The notes: a model not told the origin generated them from the sequence alone. A DNA stretch of 64,000 nt from the human T2T-CHM13v2.0 reference genome, Homo sapiens (GCF_009914755.1 NC_060926.1), one strand, 5' to 3'. Numbered from the stretch's first letter, positions 12,998-30,049 are shown. Program-made: numbers and translations.

Positions 12998-14682
12998 GTA
13001 GGGGAAGTAGACACACTTTGCTTGTCTTTGTGTTTGGCCTCTGGTGGTCTTTGAGGGACTTGCTTCCTGAGAGTGATGGGAGGTGCCTATGTAGAGAATG
13101 TCAGGAAGAGGGTGCCTGCCAGTCATCAACATTTGCCACAATGTTGATCTGGAAAAAACGTCTTTCTCTCAAGTGTATTGTTAAATTTATGAAGGTGCTG
13201 GTACCATCTGCCAGAAGAACCAATATTCCCATCTGATTGACCACAGTCATTCTCAAGTCTCCACTATTTGTCCCAAAACAAGCAGGATTTCTTCATAATC
13301 TCCCTCGAGGGCCTGCTCTAGGACATGAAGTAATTTTTCTAATCTCTTATCTTCAAGTAACTGGAGGAATTTGCTGTTATTTCTGCAGCACTCAGGCCTG
13401 AGCTTTGTGGAATTTGCATGCCAGGGAAGTGAGGGCATTGGAAAACGAGCGAAGAATAAAGGAGCATTACAGGGCTCTTCTGTGGTGAATTTTCAAGTCA
13501 AGCATAAAAGAATTGTTTCCTATTCTTTCTGATATGTTAAGGGCCTCACGCGTGCTAATGCTTTGCTAGATGCTGTATGGTTTACAGAAGGAGAGTTTTC
13601 TGGCTGTTATTCTTAGGGAATCTACCATCAATATAGAAAAATACAATTTTCCAAATGGGAAATGATAAATTCAGATGAGATAGCTGAGGTGCAGGGTAAA
13701 GAAAACAGGATTCCACCAAACATCTACAGTTCAGGTCCCAGTCACCTCCCTAGCCTTGTTTACTCACCCCCACCCCACCTTAAGTTCTTTATCTGCAAAC
13801 CTATGATGATACCCGCTGCCCAGGGCTGTTGTGGGAAGGAAAGGAATACTGTCTGTGATAGCACACAGTGGCAGCCAGTCCTGAGAAGCTGAAGGGTCTG
13901 GAAGCTGTCGCATGAATCCTGTTGATCAACATCTGCACAGCCTCACCCCTACCTGTGAGCCCCACTGTCTTTGCTTTCTTCCCTGGGAACTTTGTGTTTC
14001 CGTGCACAGTGTCACTCCCCAGTCCCGGGGAAAGGAATCTTGACTTTCTCACCGGGCTATGCTAAAAGTCTCAGTCAGTCTCATCTCTGTTCCACATCAT
14101 TTGTCCCTTTCCCCTAAGTTACAGTTGCATATACTTCATATGTTTCATCCCACAGCATCTATCTCAGTGCTTTATACACATAAAAGACCTTAAGTATTTT
14201 TCAAAAATAAAAGGAGTTTTAGGGATTTAGTGACTTGCACTGGCAGGGAATGTGTATTTTAAGAAATGAGTGTTAGAGACCCCTGGAGGAGGCAGAATTT
14301 CTGGGATATCATGGATCAGGCACTGTGCTAGCACTTTCGCAGAGGTTACATCATTCCATCCTGGCAATCCTATCCCCAGTTAACAGATAAGAAAACTGAG
14401 TCTTAAAGATATGTTGGACCAGCCCAACCTTATCCAGCTGGTAAGTGGCAGAGTTGGGATATAGATTCAGAACTGCCTCACTTCTTGTCTGACATCGGGA
14501 AGAGAAAATATGGGGACCCACCCAACATCTCAGATCACATGTAGGCACAAACAACTTCTTATACATAAATTACTATACACAGAATTAGATACATGCATAG
14601 CCAAACCTGGGAGGCAATTCTTAGAAGCCAAAATATGTGTTTCAAATTATTCTAGACACATTGCTAGAGACATGAACAGTCA

Positions 14683-14993
<311 letters not shown>

Positions 14994-15865
14994 GTCAGTT
15001 TCTTGTCAAGTTAGAAGTAGAATTTGACCTACCACTGGTCTCATCCCATCTCCAGCATACCAGCATATATCTTGATACGACATCTTCTTTGCATACCAGT
15101 TCTCCCTCAGTCTTAGACCATTTCTTCCCCACCTTGCAGCAAAATCACATTAGGGATCTGTTTGTACTCACTGATGCTTTTCCATTTTCCTACCCTAATA
15201 AATTAGTTAGTATAGTTAGTCTTAGAAGTCAAACTTTTTGTTTTTCCCCTGAGACTATTACTGCTAGGACTTATTTCTTTCCTGCTCAGATAGGTTTTAT
15301 AGAATATTTTAAAAGTACATTGTTTAGGGAATTTCCTTTCTTGTCATGTTGTGATTTTCTGGAAGAGATCTTCACTCCTACCGCAGGAGAGCCTTCATTG
15401 TGCCATCCTGCCTTGAAGTGGGTCTGCCCTGGTAGAGTCTGTGATCCCTTGTGCTCCATGTTCTCCTCACCACAAAGATTTCTTTTCCCAGCCCAGAGGA
15501 ATTTTAGTCCAAGCATCAAATAGAGATTTCCAACTCATACGTCTGTCATTTTATCTAATAGGTGGTCACGGGCAGTTATGTAGGGTCAGCCCACGCTGCC
15601 TCTTACCAGCCATGTGACCTCAGACAAGTTACCTTTTCTGAGCCTCAGTTTCCTCATACATTTAAACATGTGGGTTGAGGATGCCAATTAGCAGGGTTGG
15701 TAGAGTCAGGATTCCCATCTCCTAGGAATAAAATGGCAGAGGATGTACCAGGCGAATGCACCCTTTCCTTATAGCCAGGATGTGCTTTCCAAATCTCTGT
15801 CTGGCTTAGTGATCCGGGCCAGGCCGTGTTAGAGCCCTGATCACTGCTTAAGACTCAGATTAGAG

Positions 15866-16118
15866 CAGTGGTCGTCAACCAGAGGGCCTGCAAGGGACAC
15901 TTAGCAATGTCTGGAGACACAGTTGGTTGTCACAGCTGGAGAGGGGGCATACTAATAGCACCTAATGCATCTAATGCATAACATCTCATAGCATCTAATG
16001 CGTAGAGACCAGGGTGCTAGTAAACATCCTGTAGTACACAGCACAGCCCCCCACAACACAGGATTATCCAGTCCCAAATGTCAATCTCGTCCCAGCATGC
16101 CAAGGTTAAGACACACTG
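15866..16118. mobile_element. MER20 hAT-Charlie DNA transposon
   Basis: cagtggtcgtcaacc ... gcaatgtctggagaca ... gttgtcac ... aaacatcctg ... gattatccagtcccaaatgtcaat ... cactg. Confidence 0.8.
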
Positions 16119-16665
16119 GACTCAAGGGAAGCTGAAGAGCCTGGTTCTTATCACCTTCCTATAGCCCACATCCCAGTTGGCTCTTGGCACTGGGGGAGGA
16201 AGTGGGGTTCCATGGAAGTTCTCGTAAGTCTTCAGTCGAGTGGAGAGTAAAGTAGCCATCTATCCAGGTGTCAGGCAACAAGGGCTATCGCAAAGGCATT
16301 CAGGCTGAGGGGGAAATGCTAGGAGTGGCCCTCCTAAAATCAGGGACCACCAAAGATGCTATCACCATTATTACTTAGCATTGTTCTTGAGGTTGCAGTC
16401 AACACAATCAGACACAAGAAATGAATTAGAAGTATAAATACTAAAAAGGAAGAGGTAAATTAATCATTAATAGCAGACAATTTGAAAAATCCAGGAGAAT
16501 CAACTGGAAAACTGTTACAAAAATAGAGGGTTCGGTATAATGGCAGGGCACAGAATGATAAACATAAATCAATACCTAGCCTATACATGTGTGAGCAGAT
16601 AGAAGATATAACGGAAGAAAGCCCCCATTTACCAGAAGAATTTAAAATATAAAATAATAGCCTGG

Positions 16666-17206
16666 ATTATTTTGAAGTGGATTCCATTGCAATTAACACA
16701 TAAACCCAAAACAACTGTGCTCTAAATAAGATACAAGTTTCTTTCTTTTTCATATGAAAGTTATCTGAAGGCTGATGGTCCAGTTACCATTCCTAGGACT
16801 TAGTCCTTGTCTTTATGGTTGTAGGTGGCTGCTACTACTTTAGGCATTATGTCCTCATTCATGCAATATACAGAATATATAGAGGAACATATATATATAT
16901 ATGCGTATATATATGTGTGTGTATATATATACATATATACATATACATATATATCTAGAGAGAGAGAGAGAGAATATATAGAAGGAGGAAAGAAAAAGAA
17001 GAGTAAGGCTCTTCCTTTTAAGGAGACTTCCACATATCTGATTGCCTAGAACCTAGTCACATAACTACACCCTGCTCCAAGGGCAGCTTTTAATTCTAGT
17101 TCATGGCTGCGTAGCTATGTGCCTGGCTTAAAAAATAGAAAGTAAATGTTCTCTTACAAAGGAAGAAAGTGAGAATAGATATTGGGACAACCAGAAATCT
17201 GCCATA
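16666..17206 (-). mobile_element. MaLR LTR (MLT1J/K-like) nested in the L1
   Basis: Motifs attgcctagaacctagtcacataactacacc and terminal ...tctgcca; L1 ORF2 resumes on both sides. Confidence 0.6.
16874..16980. repeat. Compound (TA)n/(TG)n/(GA)n microsatellite
   Basis: Directly visible. Confidence 0.9.
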
Positions 17207-20200
17207 AAATGTCATAAGAAATTTATAAGATCTATATGAGAGAATTTTAAAATGCTCCTAAGGGACACAGATGACATGAAAATGGAAAGACACAAAGTAT
17301 TATTGGATAAGAAGGGAAGACTCAACATCATAAAAATATCAACTCTCCCTAAGTTAATTTATAACTTTAAACATATTCACAATAAAGACATCACCAGGAT
17401 TGTTTTTTAACTAGACAAATGATTCTAAAGTTCATATGGAAAAATAAACAGGAATGGCCAGGAAATTTTGAAAAATAATAATATGTAGACTGGTACTACC
17501 AAGTGTTAAAAGGCATTATAAACCTGCAATAATTAAAAGAGTGTGGTATAGAGTGACGTTATAGAATAAAAGATACAGGAAAAATCCAAGTGCACATGAG
17601 GATTTAGTACTAGTATTTGATAAAGGTGGTATTTCAATCAGTGAGGAAAAGATGACCTATTCAACGTAAGGGATTGGGACAACTTACTAAGTTTCTGAAA
17701 ACAAGTGAAGTTGGATATGGATCACACATCTTTTATCAGAACAAGTCCCAGATATATCAGAGACTTACATTTACCAAATGAAAACATAAAAGTACTGGGA
17801 GAAACCCTGGGAGAATACTTTTATAACTTTGAAATGGGTAAAGCCTTTCAAATTAAGACATAAAATCCAAACCCATGATATAAAACATCAGTTCAATTAC
17901 ATAAAAATAAATAATATTGGCATGACAAAACCACCATAAGCAATGCCAAAAGTCAAACAAAAAACTGGGATAAGTATTTGCAATTCTTATCTTCCTGTAT
18001 GCCCTTTCATGCATGAAGTTTGTTTCCTAATATAGAATGAGCTCCTAAAAATCGATAAAAAACAAACACCACAAAAGAAAAATGGGCAACAATTCATGGA
18101 AAAAAATACAGATCTCTTTTGAATACATGAAAACATGCTCGAACTTACAGAGAAACTTAATAATATAATGAGATACTGTTTTCACCTATCAAACTACCAA
18201 ATCTTGATAATATACCATGTTGGGAAAGATATCGGAAGCAGGCACTGTCATATATTGCTGATGGACGTATAAATTGTTCTTCCACCAAGAAGGGCTGTTT
18301 GGCAACATCCATCAAAATTCACATTCTTGTAGTACCTGATTCAGAAATTTCTTTTCTAGGAAATGTGTATAGTTACCTTCACATATGTGCAAAATGTCCT
18401 ATGCAGATGGTTATCCACAGCAGCACTGTTTGTAATAGCATATACTAGAAGCACCCTAAATGTCCCCCAATAAATACAGTGGATTATTATATAGCCACAA
18501 TAAAGAATCAGAAGGCTCTTTAAGTGCCAAGACAGAAAGAGCTTCAATATATTTTAAGTGAAAAAGATAAAGTCTAAAAAAATGTGTATGGTAAGCTCCC
18601 ATTTAGTTAAATGAGGGGAAATGAACATATAATCATATTTTCTTATTTATATGTAAAGTATGATCAAGAGAATACACAGGGCATGAATAAAAAGAAATCG
18701 CCTGTAGAGAGAGAAAAGGGTGACTAGGGAATGGATGCAGGAGGGAGAATTTTTACTGCATGCCCTTTCATACTTTTTGGTTTTTTGAACACATGAAAGT
18801 ATTACCTATTGAAGAAAAATTGAATGAAACTTTAAATAGATAAATGAGTATAGGCTAGTCACATTGGCTCACATATTGGGAAAGAAATTTTGCTGGATTT
18901 TCCCCCCTCTATTAAAAAAAGACCCCCCTCCTTAAAATATGTCCCATTCCTCAAAAGTACCCTGGCCTTGTATTTGAGGACCAAGTACACAGGGACTAAT
19001 ATCTGGGCAGTTGTCCCTCTTTGCAAAGCCGTCAGTCTCCAGCAAGTTTGATGAGCACTTGCTACACGCCTGGCCATGTCCTGAACACTGAACACCATGG
19101 GAACTCTCAGGAGAATAGACAGCCTGCCCGGTTCTGCCCTGCCAGCAGGACCCCAAAGTAGGCAAGGCTGGGAAACCATTATTCCCAGTCCTCCTGCCCA
19201 GTAAGGTCTACAGGTCCCTAGCAAAGAGGCAGCACTGAAAACATACAGGCAGGAGACTCCTGGGGCAGGAATGAGGAGTGGAAATTCAGAGGTCCTGGGG
19301 TAGCAGTGCTGGTAAGAAAACCATGAAGGAATCTCTTAGGGAAGGACTAGCTCTTTCTCTTCCTACCACCTTCCACCTCCACTGCATCCTGCCCCTACAC
19401 CCACCCCTGAGCCATCATGGCCCTGGGCTTCCCTGAGCTATCCCATCCACTGAAACCCTACTCGTGAACTGCTTGCCACTGAGAGCCCAGTGCCAGGCAA
19501 GTTTAGTCCCAGAGGTGTGAGCTCTTTTGTTTATAATGGAACCGAAGACCCCCAGAGAAATAGAAAGTCCTAACAATCGCCCTTCTGGCTCCCGGAAGTC
19601 TTTGGACCCACTCTTAACTTTTTCTGTCATTAAGGAAAGGAACTTAAGTCCCTAACTCTTCCTGGACTTGGTTTTATATGGACAGTTAGAGTTTTCAGGA
19701 AATACAGAGGGGGAATTGGAGGAAGTGACCAGGGGCGGGCTTCAGGCCTCAGTGGCAAGACAGCAGGAAGAAGCATTTTGGTCAGGGCCTCCCCCAGTCA
19801 TAGCCAAGGGCAGCTGCTGCATGCTGCCTGCAGACCATGCTTGGCTGTGGCAGCCACCCTGGACCACCTTTCCCCTGGGGAGAAGAAAGGGTAGAAAGCA
19901 AAGGGAGGGTGAGCATCTGGGGCCAGTGCAGGGGCAGGCAAAGAAGAGCAGGAGCTGGGGAGCAGTGAGGACTTCCTCCTTCTTTGCCCCACCTGAGGCA
20001 ATCCTGGGCAGAAGAAAAGGCGGAGCCTTGCAGCCTGAGTCAGAAAAGGGGCAAGGTTCAAGCTGGCTTGGAATCTTCTGAATCCATTCAATTTATACAA
20101 AATTAGAAGAAGTCCTTCCTCAGACATAACAAAGGCTTTAAAAAGAGTGCTTAGGAGGTGGCATTTGGGGTATTTTATAAAGTTGGGCTTGGTGGCTGGC

Positions 20201-22287
20201 ATTGGAGGAAGTCAACCAATGTGAAGGCAGGAGGGCAGAGGAGCGCAGCACACAGGGATAAGCACACTGGCTTGCAGAGCAGATCCACCAAGCCTTCACC
20301 ACCTGTAATCACCTACCTTCTTCCAGCTTCCTTTGACGTATTTCTGTAAGGGTAGTTGCCACATGTGCTCCTCCTAACTCACAGAGCTATGCAATGGAAC
20401 TGTTTAATGGAATTCACAGTGCTGAGCGTGGATCATGAACTGGGAGGTGCTTCCCACACATAAAGAAGCATCATTGTTGTTCCTTTTCCAATTAGTATCA
20501 CCATTGTGCTGATCGTGTGTGTCATGGGGGTTGGCAGCACTGGATACTACAAAATAGGGATAGAGGGGCATGTGACTCAGTGGGGCCCCAGCTGTCAGCT
20601 TCTCAAGGACTCAGACATTTGCAAGTGGGCAGATAGTTCACCCAGTTCCCTTGAACTTGGTTCCTTCATGAAGAAAGTGAGTGTGACAATGTTAAAGACC
20701 TTCTACTTTCACGCACATCTCATTAGTCCTTCAAATAAGCCTACAAGCAGGAGCGTGTCATTCTGATTCACCAGATAAGGTCACAGACCAGCAAGGTGAC
20801 TTTACCAGGACAAGGCTACAACCAGTGCTACAAACTCAGGCCCTGGGTCCTGGCCCAGTGTTTGTCTCACTGCTCCATCACCCACAGCCAGAGCTGGGCC
20901 TTGACCACACACAGTGGCCAGGGTGGGGGTGGGAGAACCCTGGTCCCAGGGGCTCAGCTTGGTTGGGCTCACTGTTCTTTCTGTAGTTCATGAGCATTTG
21001 CTTACAGCAGCATATTTTATATGCTCTTTTTTCTCAAGAAGTCCCAGCTGTAAGTGGAAACGGGGTCGTGGGTACAATGCAGGCTGGTCCTAAAGTGCTT
21101 CCTGCCCCACCTTTGCACTCAGGCCTGGATCCCTGGCGATGGCCGGAGTTCACATCTTGACGCCAGCAGACCCCTCCTGCTTTCTGTGTGCAGACAAATG
21201 GGCCTTCTTTGCAAGACCCTTCACCCTGCATCCCAGCATGGCTGTTGCGGGGAGCCCAAGGTGGATACCACCACCCAGTCTGGGTTCTTCTACCGTGTCA
21301 GGGCTGTGGGTTCCAGGCATGGTGGCAAGGAATTTTTACCCAGAACCCCAAAGTGTAAAACAGGCCCCAAGGGAGCTGCACTGTTTGAGACTGGCATGCC
21401 CCTATGGCTCTTGCTTGCTGCACAGAACCACGTGGGCTCTGTGGGTCCAGGTGATTATAAGCAATGTGCCTTCCTTGCTGCCTCCAGACCTTTCCCCCAC
21501 CCAGCCTGCTTGCCCCTAGGAAAGTGATCTTACAAATGCATTGTGCTCATGCAGGCAGGATGCTTATTGCTGTTAGCATGCATTTCAAATTCTTTTTCCT
21601 AGCATTCCAGGCTCTTTGAGCAAAACATTCCTGTCTTGCTTCACCATTCACTAGGGCCCAATTCTCTGGCCTCCTCACTACCTTTTGCATCAGCTATATT
21701 GGCCTTCTCCTCTCTCCCATCTTCTCTCCTCACAGTGTATCGAACCCTTATCTTCTAACCATGTTTCTCTTGAGGGGCGCTGTTTCCTGGAAGCCCTCAC
21801 TGCCTGCACTAGCTGTTTGTGGTCTCCCGCTCTGACGCACATTAGCTCTCATAGTGTTCTATAAAGTAGTGCCTGACTCTTAGGTGGTTTTAACCGTTTC
21901 GTTGATGTCCCTATGTGTCATGCTGGGAACCCCAGCTGATCCCCATGGTTAGTTCATGAGGGACAGGGGTAGATGCTTCTTTCTTTCATAGCAGGATCTC
22001 ATTAATATGAATGTGGGTGCATAGCAGGGCTTCTATATATACCTACTGACTTAGCTCTATTAAACCACAGCAGTCTTGATATATTCCTGGGGTTACAGAA
22101 GTTCCTCCCTCTTGCTGAAGAAAGTGGAGGTGCCGTTAGGGGCTGACTAACATGAGAGAGAGCCCCTGGACTGAGATGGGTTTCAAGAAACACAAGCTTC
22201 TTTCAGGACTTTTTTGCTGGAGATTTCCCTAAGATAGGCACATACCTCCAACTCAGGAAGACTATATTGGGGTGAGTGACGTATTGA

Positions 22288-22611
<324 letters not shown>

Positions 22612-22806
22612 TGATTGATGTCTGTCAAGAAGTCCTAGTGTTGGGGAGATGATGAGTGAAATGAGAGTAACAGGCTATTTCCCAAACCCGGGCAAGTTCA
22701 CACTGAACATCTCTTTCCCATCCTAGTCCAGAACCACCAATAAATCTAGGACCAAGAAAAACGTGTTGACTTTTATTATTGTTTTCATGTCTTTAAAATC
22801 AGAACA

Positions 22807-23114
<308 letters not shown>

Positions 23115-24493
23115 TCAGAATAAAGGAGCATCATTGATCATGGGAGCACTTCACTTTATCAGCTACAATTTGCTAACAGTAAAACTAGGAACTGTTTGCT
23201 ATTTCCTGCATAGTGGCAGTTCTATGCTGTGAGTACACAGGATGGAGCAGGAAGAGGAGAGTGACTGTGCCTCATTATATACAGATATCAGAGATGTTCA
23301 CTGTGAACCACTCCAATAGGTTGCCTTTCCTGAAAGTTGTTTGGGATGTTTTGCTCAGCATGAAGTGTTTGTTTGCCTTATTCCTGCCCAAACTGAGAGA
23401 TAACTAGTGTGATGTGATTCAGATTTAAGACATGGCCTGTCATAGACAATCAAAATGATCTTCATGGTTCTGAGACATGTAAGATAGGAAAGAAGTACCA
23501 ATCCCCACTAAACATCGCCCATGGCGGATAGGTATTAGCACATTCAGAGCTCATTTCTTTCAGTGGGCATTGTTTGAGCACGTGCTAGGCACAAAGCAAT
23601 GTGGAGATAAAGAACTGACTGAGACACTTGTCCCTATTCTAAAGAAGCTTTTGGTCTAAAGGGAGTGATAGATAAGTAAACAACTAATTAAGCAGAATAA
23701 ATAGGCACATAAAAGAAGATGGTATCCTCAGGGATCAGGAAAGGCTTCTTGGAGCACCTGGTGGATGAATTGAGTTGTAAAGAATGAGGATTTCCTTTGA
23801 CGGAAGGGGTGGGGAGGGTATTCCTGAAAACAACAGGATTGGAACGGGGGCAGGACAGGAAAGGAGGTTCAGTGTCCCTGGGCCCTGGATCCTTTGAGGG
23901 CAGGGTCTGTGTTTCTAATCTGGGTACTGCCAGGATCCGGCACACAAATCAGGATCTTAGAAAGGTTTGTTAAAAAATGACAACTTATGACATTCCAACA
24001 TGAGCAAAGGCCAAGGGACAAAAACATCTTGGTCTTTTCCAGGACAGTTAAAAAGTGTAGCTAGATCATAGGGTTTCCTGGTGCTCATAGTAATGAATGA
24101 GATTGGGATAAAGACCCAGTGAATGTGGCTTTGATCCTGTAGGATCTGTGGACCCACTCAGGGTTTCAGTGGAGGAGAGTCCTAGTCAGATCCATCCCAG
24201 GAAGAAGGAAGGCCACAGCTGTGCAGATCAGAAGGCAGGGAGTGAGGGACTGATGGTCAGGAGGCTTCACAGACCACACAAGACAGGGGAGGCCTGAGGA
24301 ACATCTCGAAGTGAAGGTGATGAGTAATAGGTAGTTTCCCTTTAGAACCTTTATCTTCTAAGAGATCTAAAGAGTAGGGATTTCAGTCTTTCTGCAAATG
24401 TATTTCCTTAGCAAGAACACTAGGAATTCAGCCTTCAAGGAGCAACAAATGAAAGCAAGAGCTTTCGACAGGGAACTGCTTTTCTCGTGTTCT

Positions 24494-24607
24494 TCGTTCA
24501 TTCTTCATTGTCAGAATACTTAGTTCCAGTTCCTCTCTAAGTTGATGCCATCATTCATTCTTCATTGTCAGAATACTCAGTTCCAGTTCCTCTGTAAGTT
24601 GATGCCA
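24494..24607. repeat. 57-bp tandem duplication (3 mismatches)
   Basis: 24494-24550 versus 24551-24607. Confidence 0.95.
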
Positions 24608-26914
24608 GAGTCTAACAGTTGACAGCCCATGTTATAGTTAAGGACCCAACCCAAGACAGAACATTCACTTTATAATGAACAAAATAGCCACTCAGCTTTC
24701 ATGAAAAGCAGTCCATTGGTGAGACTCACAATGAACAACTCTGATCTCTGTTCACAATGAAGCACAGACACTCTTCCTTCCTGCTCTGGCCTTCGTGCCC
24801 ACCGTGCAGAAACATCTCTGCACTGGCAATGACAATCCCTGGTCTTGCTGTAGGCAAATTACAGCTGATAAAGGTATTGCTGCCTTCATCGAGGGCTACT
24901 GGGAAGATTAAATGAGATTATGCCTCTAAAGCATTAGCCCAGTGCCCAGCCCACAGGGAGTGCTGGCTAAATGGTGGCTTCATGGTTATCATCATTGTTG
25001 GGTTGTGTGATGGGATAGGAAACGCAATCCTGAGAATTGAGTCTTGAGTCCAGATTTGACCACAAATGTACACATGAGCATTTGATGACTTGATGAAGTC
25101 ACAAAATGTTTTTGAGTCTCAGGTTTCTCATCTTTCACATGGGAGCCATAACTCCTTCCCTACCTACCTCATCAAGCTGCTTTGAGAATCTAATGAGATT
25201 AGAGCATGGAAATGCTTGAGAAAGCAGAAGCCTCCATTCAAATGGGAGAGGTGGTAAGGTGCTGAGCTAACCTCAAAACCAGAGACAGCTTTGGAGGCAT
25301 GAGGTCTGCCCCAAGGCTTATCTTCCTGCCACATGATATGCCCCATGGCACCCCCTCTGCTTTCCCACTCCCAGCCCCTGCTTCCCAGGAAGTGGCCACC
25401 AGCCTTTGGTAATAGCATCATCAGGGCCAATGCCTTCTCCCTTCTCCCTTCTCCCGAGCTCTGACGCACTTGAGGGGTTGGCTCCAGGTGACTTCCCGTG
25501 ACATGGAAGCCTTGCCCTTCTGCCCAGATCCACTGCCGACAGTTAATTAGGAAGCAGATAATTAGAGCCAAGCCTAAAAGGAATCTTACAAAAGATGCCA
25601 CCCAAAATGAGAAGGCTGTGGAAGGGGCCTGGAGTGGGGTGGCAGGGCGGCTCTGTGGTTTCCACAGCACCATCCAGTCTCAGCACACACAAGCCACCTT
25701 CTCCCCACCCCCTGAAGGCACAGAACCCAGCTGCCTCCTTCCGAGAAGCTGGAGGGCAGCCACTGTAGCACCCAGTGTGCCCTGAGGCTAGAAGAGAAGG
25801 GAGCATGCCCAGTAGATACACACAGTGGCCATGCATGCTAGCCAGTCACAAGATGTTGACTGTCTCCTGGATGATAGAACAGGCTGGCCACAGCACTGGG
25901 CTCAGTAGCATGTTACAGCTCCTACCCTCTGGTACCTTATAGTTGCACTGGGGAGACCGCTGGCCATGAAAAAATAACTAACGACGTAGTGGTATGTGGA
26001 AAGTGAGAAAGTGCCTGCAACTCGTAGGAACAGGCAGGGGTCTTAAGTTGGGCGCTGTGTCTTTTGAGGTTGAGGGAGGAGTTGGCATTGGCTTTGGAGC
26101 ATAGCAGAATCACTGGCTCCTCAGGACAGTGGAGCCCATAGCTTTGACCTTACAGCTCAAGGAACACTAACCACTGGGCTTAGACCAAAGGTATTAGCTA
26201 AACAGATTACCAGCCCCAAGTAATGTAGAGTTGGCTGCATTTTCTCAAATTCCTTTTCATTCCAAATTCAGAAGATTCTAAACTGTGAGTGTTTTAACTG
26301 TTTCTAAATGCTTCTTCTATCCAAATCTTTCTAGTTCATCCTAAGCAATTTGTAACCTCTAGAAGGGTATTTTGAGCAGACCACAGAAAGTCCAGATACT
26401 TGAATTCAGCCTCCTCTTCCCTGGCCACCATGAAATCTGAGAACTAAATTGGAGCCTTGTCCCCAGCCTGAGATATTATCTGCCCAAGGTGTCCCATGGG
26501 CTGGAATGACTAGGCATGAACTTTGCCTTTTTTTTTCAGGGTCCTCAAAGTGTTCCCCCTTGCAGGATATGCACTCCAACCTTGTTTCTCCTTCCCTTTT
26601 TAAAATTCTTTATAGAATTATGGACCTGGATAGGTCATCTCATCCACCCTCCTGTTTCTGGGCAGAGCCATGCCTAATCCCACTCTAATAAGAAGAGAAA
26701 ATAATTGTGGAATGGGAATGTCACCTCATGATCTCTTCCTTGTAGAGTGGACAGCTCAGCATTTATTTTTCCTCTGAGCCAAACACATCATTGATCTGCT
26801 ACATATTTATTTTATTTATATATGTTATATTTTAAAGGCATACTGTAAAATACAAAGCTCTATACAGCTGAAAGGTGATATTAAATTCTAGTCTTTTCTA
26901 TTGGATGTCATCTC

Positions 26915-27002
26915 CATATATATATATATGTATTTTTATATATATGTATTTATATATATATGTCATTGACATGCTACATATTTATATGTGCGTGTGTGTG
27001 TA
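26915..27002. repeat. Degenerate (TA)n/(TG)n low-complexity tract
   Basis: Directly visible. Confidence 0.85.
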
Positions 27003-27067
27003 TCATGTATTTATGACATATGTGTATGGAGAGCAGATCAAATAGAATAGCCAATCAGAAAAGATCC

Positions 27068-27378
<311 letters not shown>

Positions 27379-27476
27379 TAGCATCATGTCATACATGCAT
27401 TTAATCTAAGTGAATTTGACTCTACATATTTGGCTAGAGGAAAAAGAGAGACAGCATAGATAAGACAAGTGACCAT

Positions 27477-27780
27477 TGTCAAAGACAAAATGCACCAGAC
27501 AATCAAGGAGATGGTTCGATTCTGGCTATTGCAATAGGGGGTTCATTAGTGAAGGTGGCCCCAAAGGAAGGGGGCCTACGGTTTTGTAGAGGCAGGCAAA
27601 GTGGGGGATTCTTCAGTGGATCTTATGGGAATCATGATGAACAATAGAGATGGGTTTTTTCTTAGAATATGCAAGAGTATAGTGGTCCTTTATAGGGAGA
27701 CCATTACAGGGTGGGGGAGACTTATTCATTGCAGTTTCCTCTCCAGGAGCACAGGGCTCAGGTAAATTGAGTGTTGCACC
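27477..27780. mobile_element. Probable old ERV LTR relic
   Basis: tgtcaaagacaaaatgcaccagac ... gctattgcaatagggg start resembles old ERV LTR termini; family not identified. Confidence 0.4.
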
Positions 27781-28226
27781 ATTTAAAGAAGACCTCTGCT
27801 CACCTTTCCACTCAGGCAGTGAGCTGTGCCCTGGACTGTGTGAGATGGGAGACCTGACCTCGCTGCACTCTGAGTCACTTACAGCTTGTTCTCTCAGTAT
27901 GCATCGTGCTCCCCTGACCCTGATTTTAGTGTCAAAATATGCAGTTTTTTAAAATGTGGCCCTCATGCCAGTCAGGAACTTTATCTGGTGCTCAAAGAAA
28001 TAGGAATTTGTTCCCACTGGAAGACAGACTGTCGATGTTGACTTTGGAAAGATGATAGCTGGCCCCCAGCATAGTGCCTCCAAACTCAACTGTCACTGAA
28101 TTTGCTGATTTAGAACTTCTAGGACTAGGACTCAACTGTAGGGAGGAGCAAGTTGGAATTGAAGTCCTTCCCATGGGCGTTCGTAGCACGGGTGTCACTG
28201 GGGTGGGAGCCTTTGATGGTGCCTGA

Positions 28227-28715
<489 letters not shown>

Positions 28716-29343
28716 TGAGGCACTGTGTACATCTGTGTCCTCCAGCATTTCAGAGGGAACAGAAGCAACTCAACTGTGCTGACATCACCTCTGCCACTTC
28801 CATACCTTCCTTACCTGTGGCCTGTCTTCATCAGGGACCTGTGATGGAGAACAGAGAGGAGGGGAGGGAGGGTGGGCACCGCCCACCTGTGTCCACGACA
28901 GCATCACTGTGGCTCAAGAGCCAATCAGAAAAGATCTGGTACACTGGAAATTCATGCAGTCCTGCTGGATTTAGATACATAATACAGAGACTGACCCTGC
29001 CCTAGGAATCATCCCTCACATGGGAAAACCCCTTATGCTTTCTCAGCACAGCCATCTCTACGATGTAACAATGCTTGTACTGTGTCAAGCAAGTGATGTT
29101 ACCTGTCCCCTTTTGAAATCCGTGAAAGCTGAGGTACAGGGAAGTTAAGCAAGCAGTCTGCCCAGGGTCACCCCTCTGAGCTAAGATAGGATGAGGGTGA
29201 CAACCCAGGGACCATGACTTCTAGACTTGGCTTCTTCCACTCATCTGAATGCCCCAAAATTCAATCATTTGCACATTATAGTCACAAAATTTGCCATCTT
29301 CAAGTGTCTTCTGCACTATTACTAGCTTTTCTTGTTCTTTTAA

Positions 29344-29721
<378 letters not shown>

Positions 29722-29755
29722 TAGAAAATCAGTATCACTTGCCATAATGAATTAA

Positions 29756-30049
<294 letters not shown>

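Larger units (their letters stand above)
16285..18840 (+). mobile_element. Old L1 (L1M, probably L1ME/MC) ORF2 3' half and 3' UTR, interrupted by an LTR at about 16666-17206
   Basis: Degenerate ORF2 motifs (e.g. 17335-17450 resembles SILPKLIY.FN.IPIKIP..FF.ELDK.ILKFIWK), A-rich sense strand and an L1M-type 3' UTR. Confidence 0.85.

Noticed and set aside
22207-22271. Apparent 65-nt cryptic exon (tttcag acceptor, GG/gtgagt donor) just upstream of exon 12
   Set aside because: It would leave only a 42-nt intron before exon 12, below the usual human minimum, and is frameshifting; nothing else supports it
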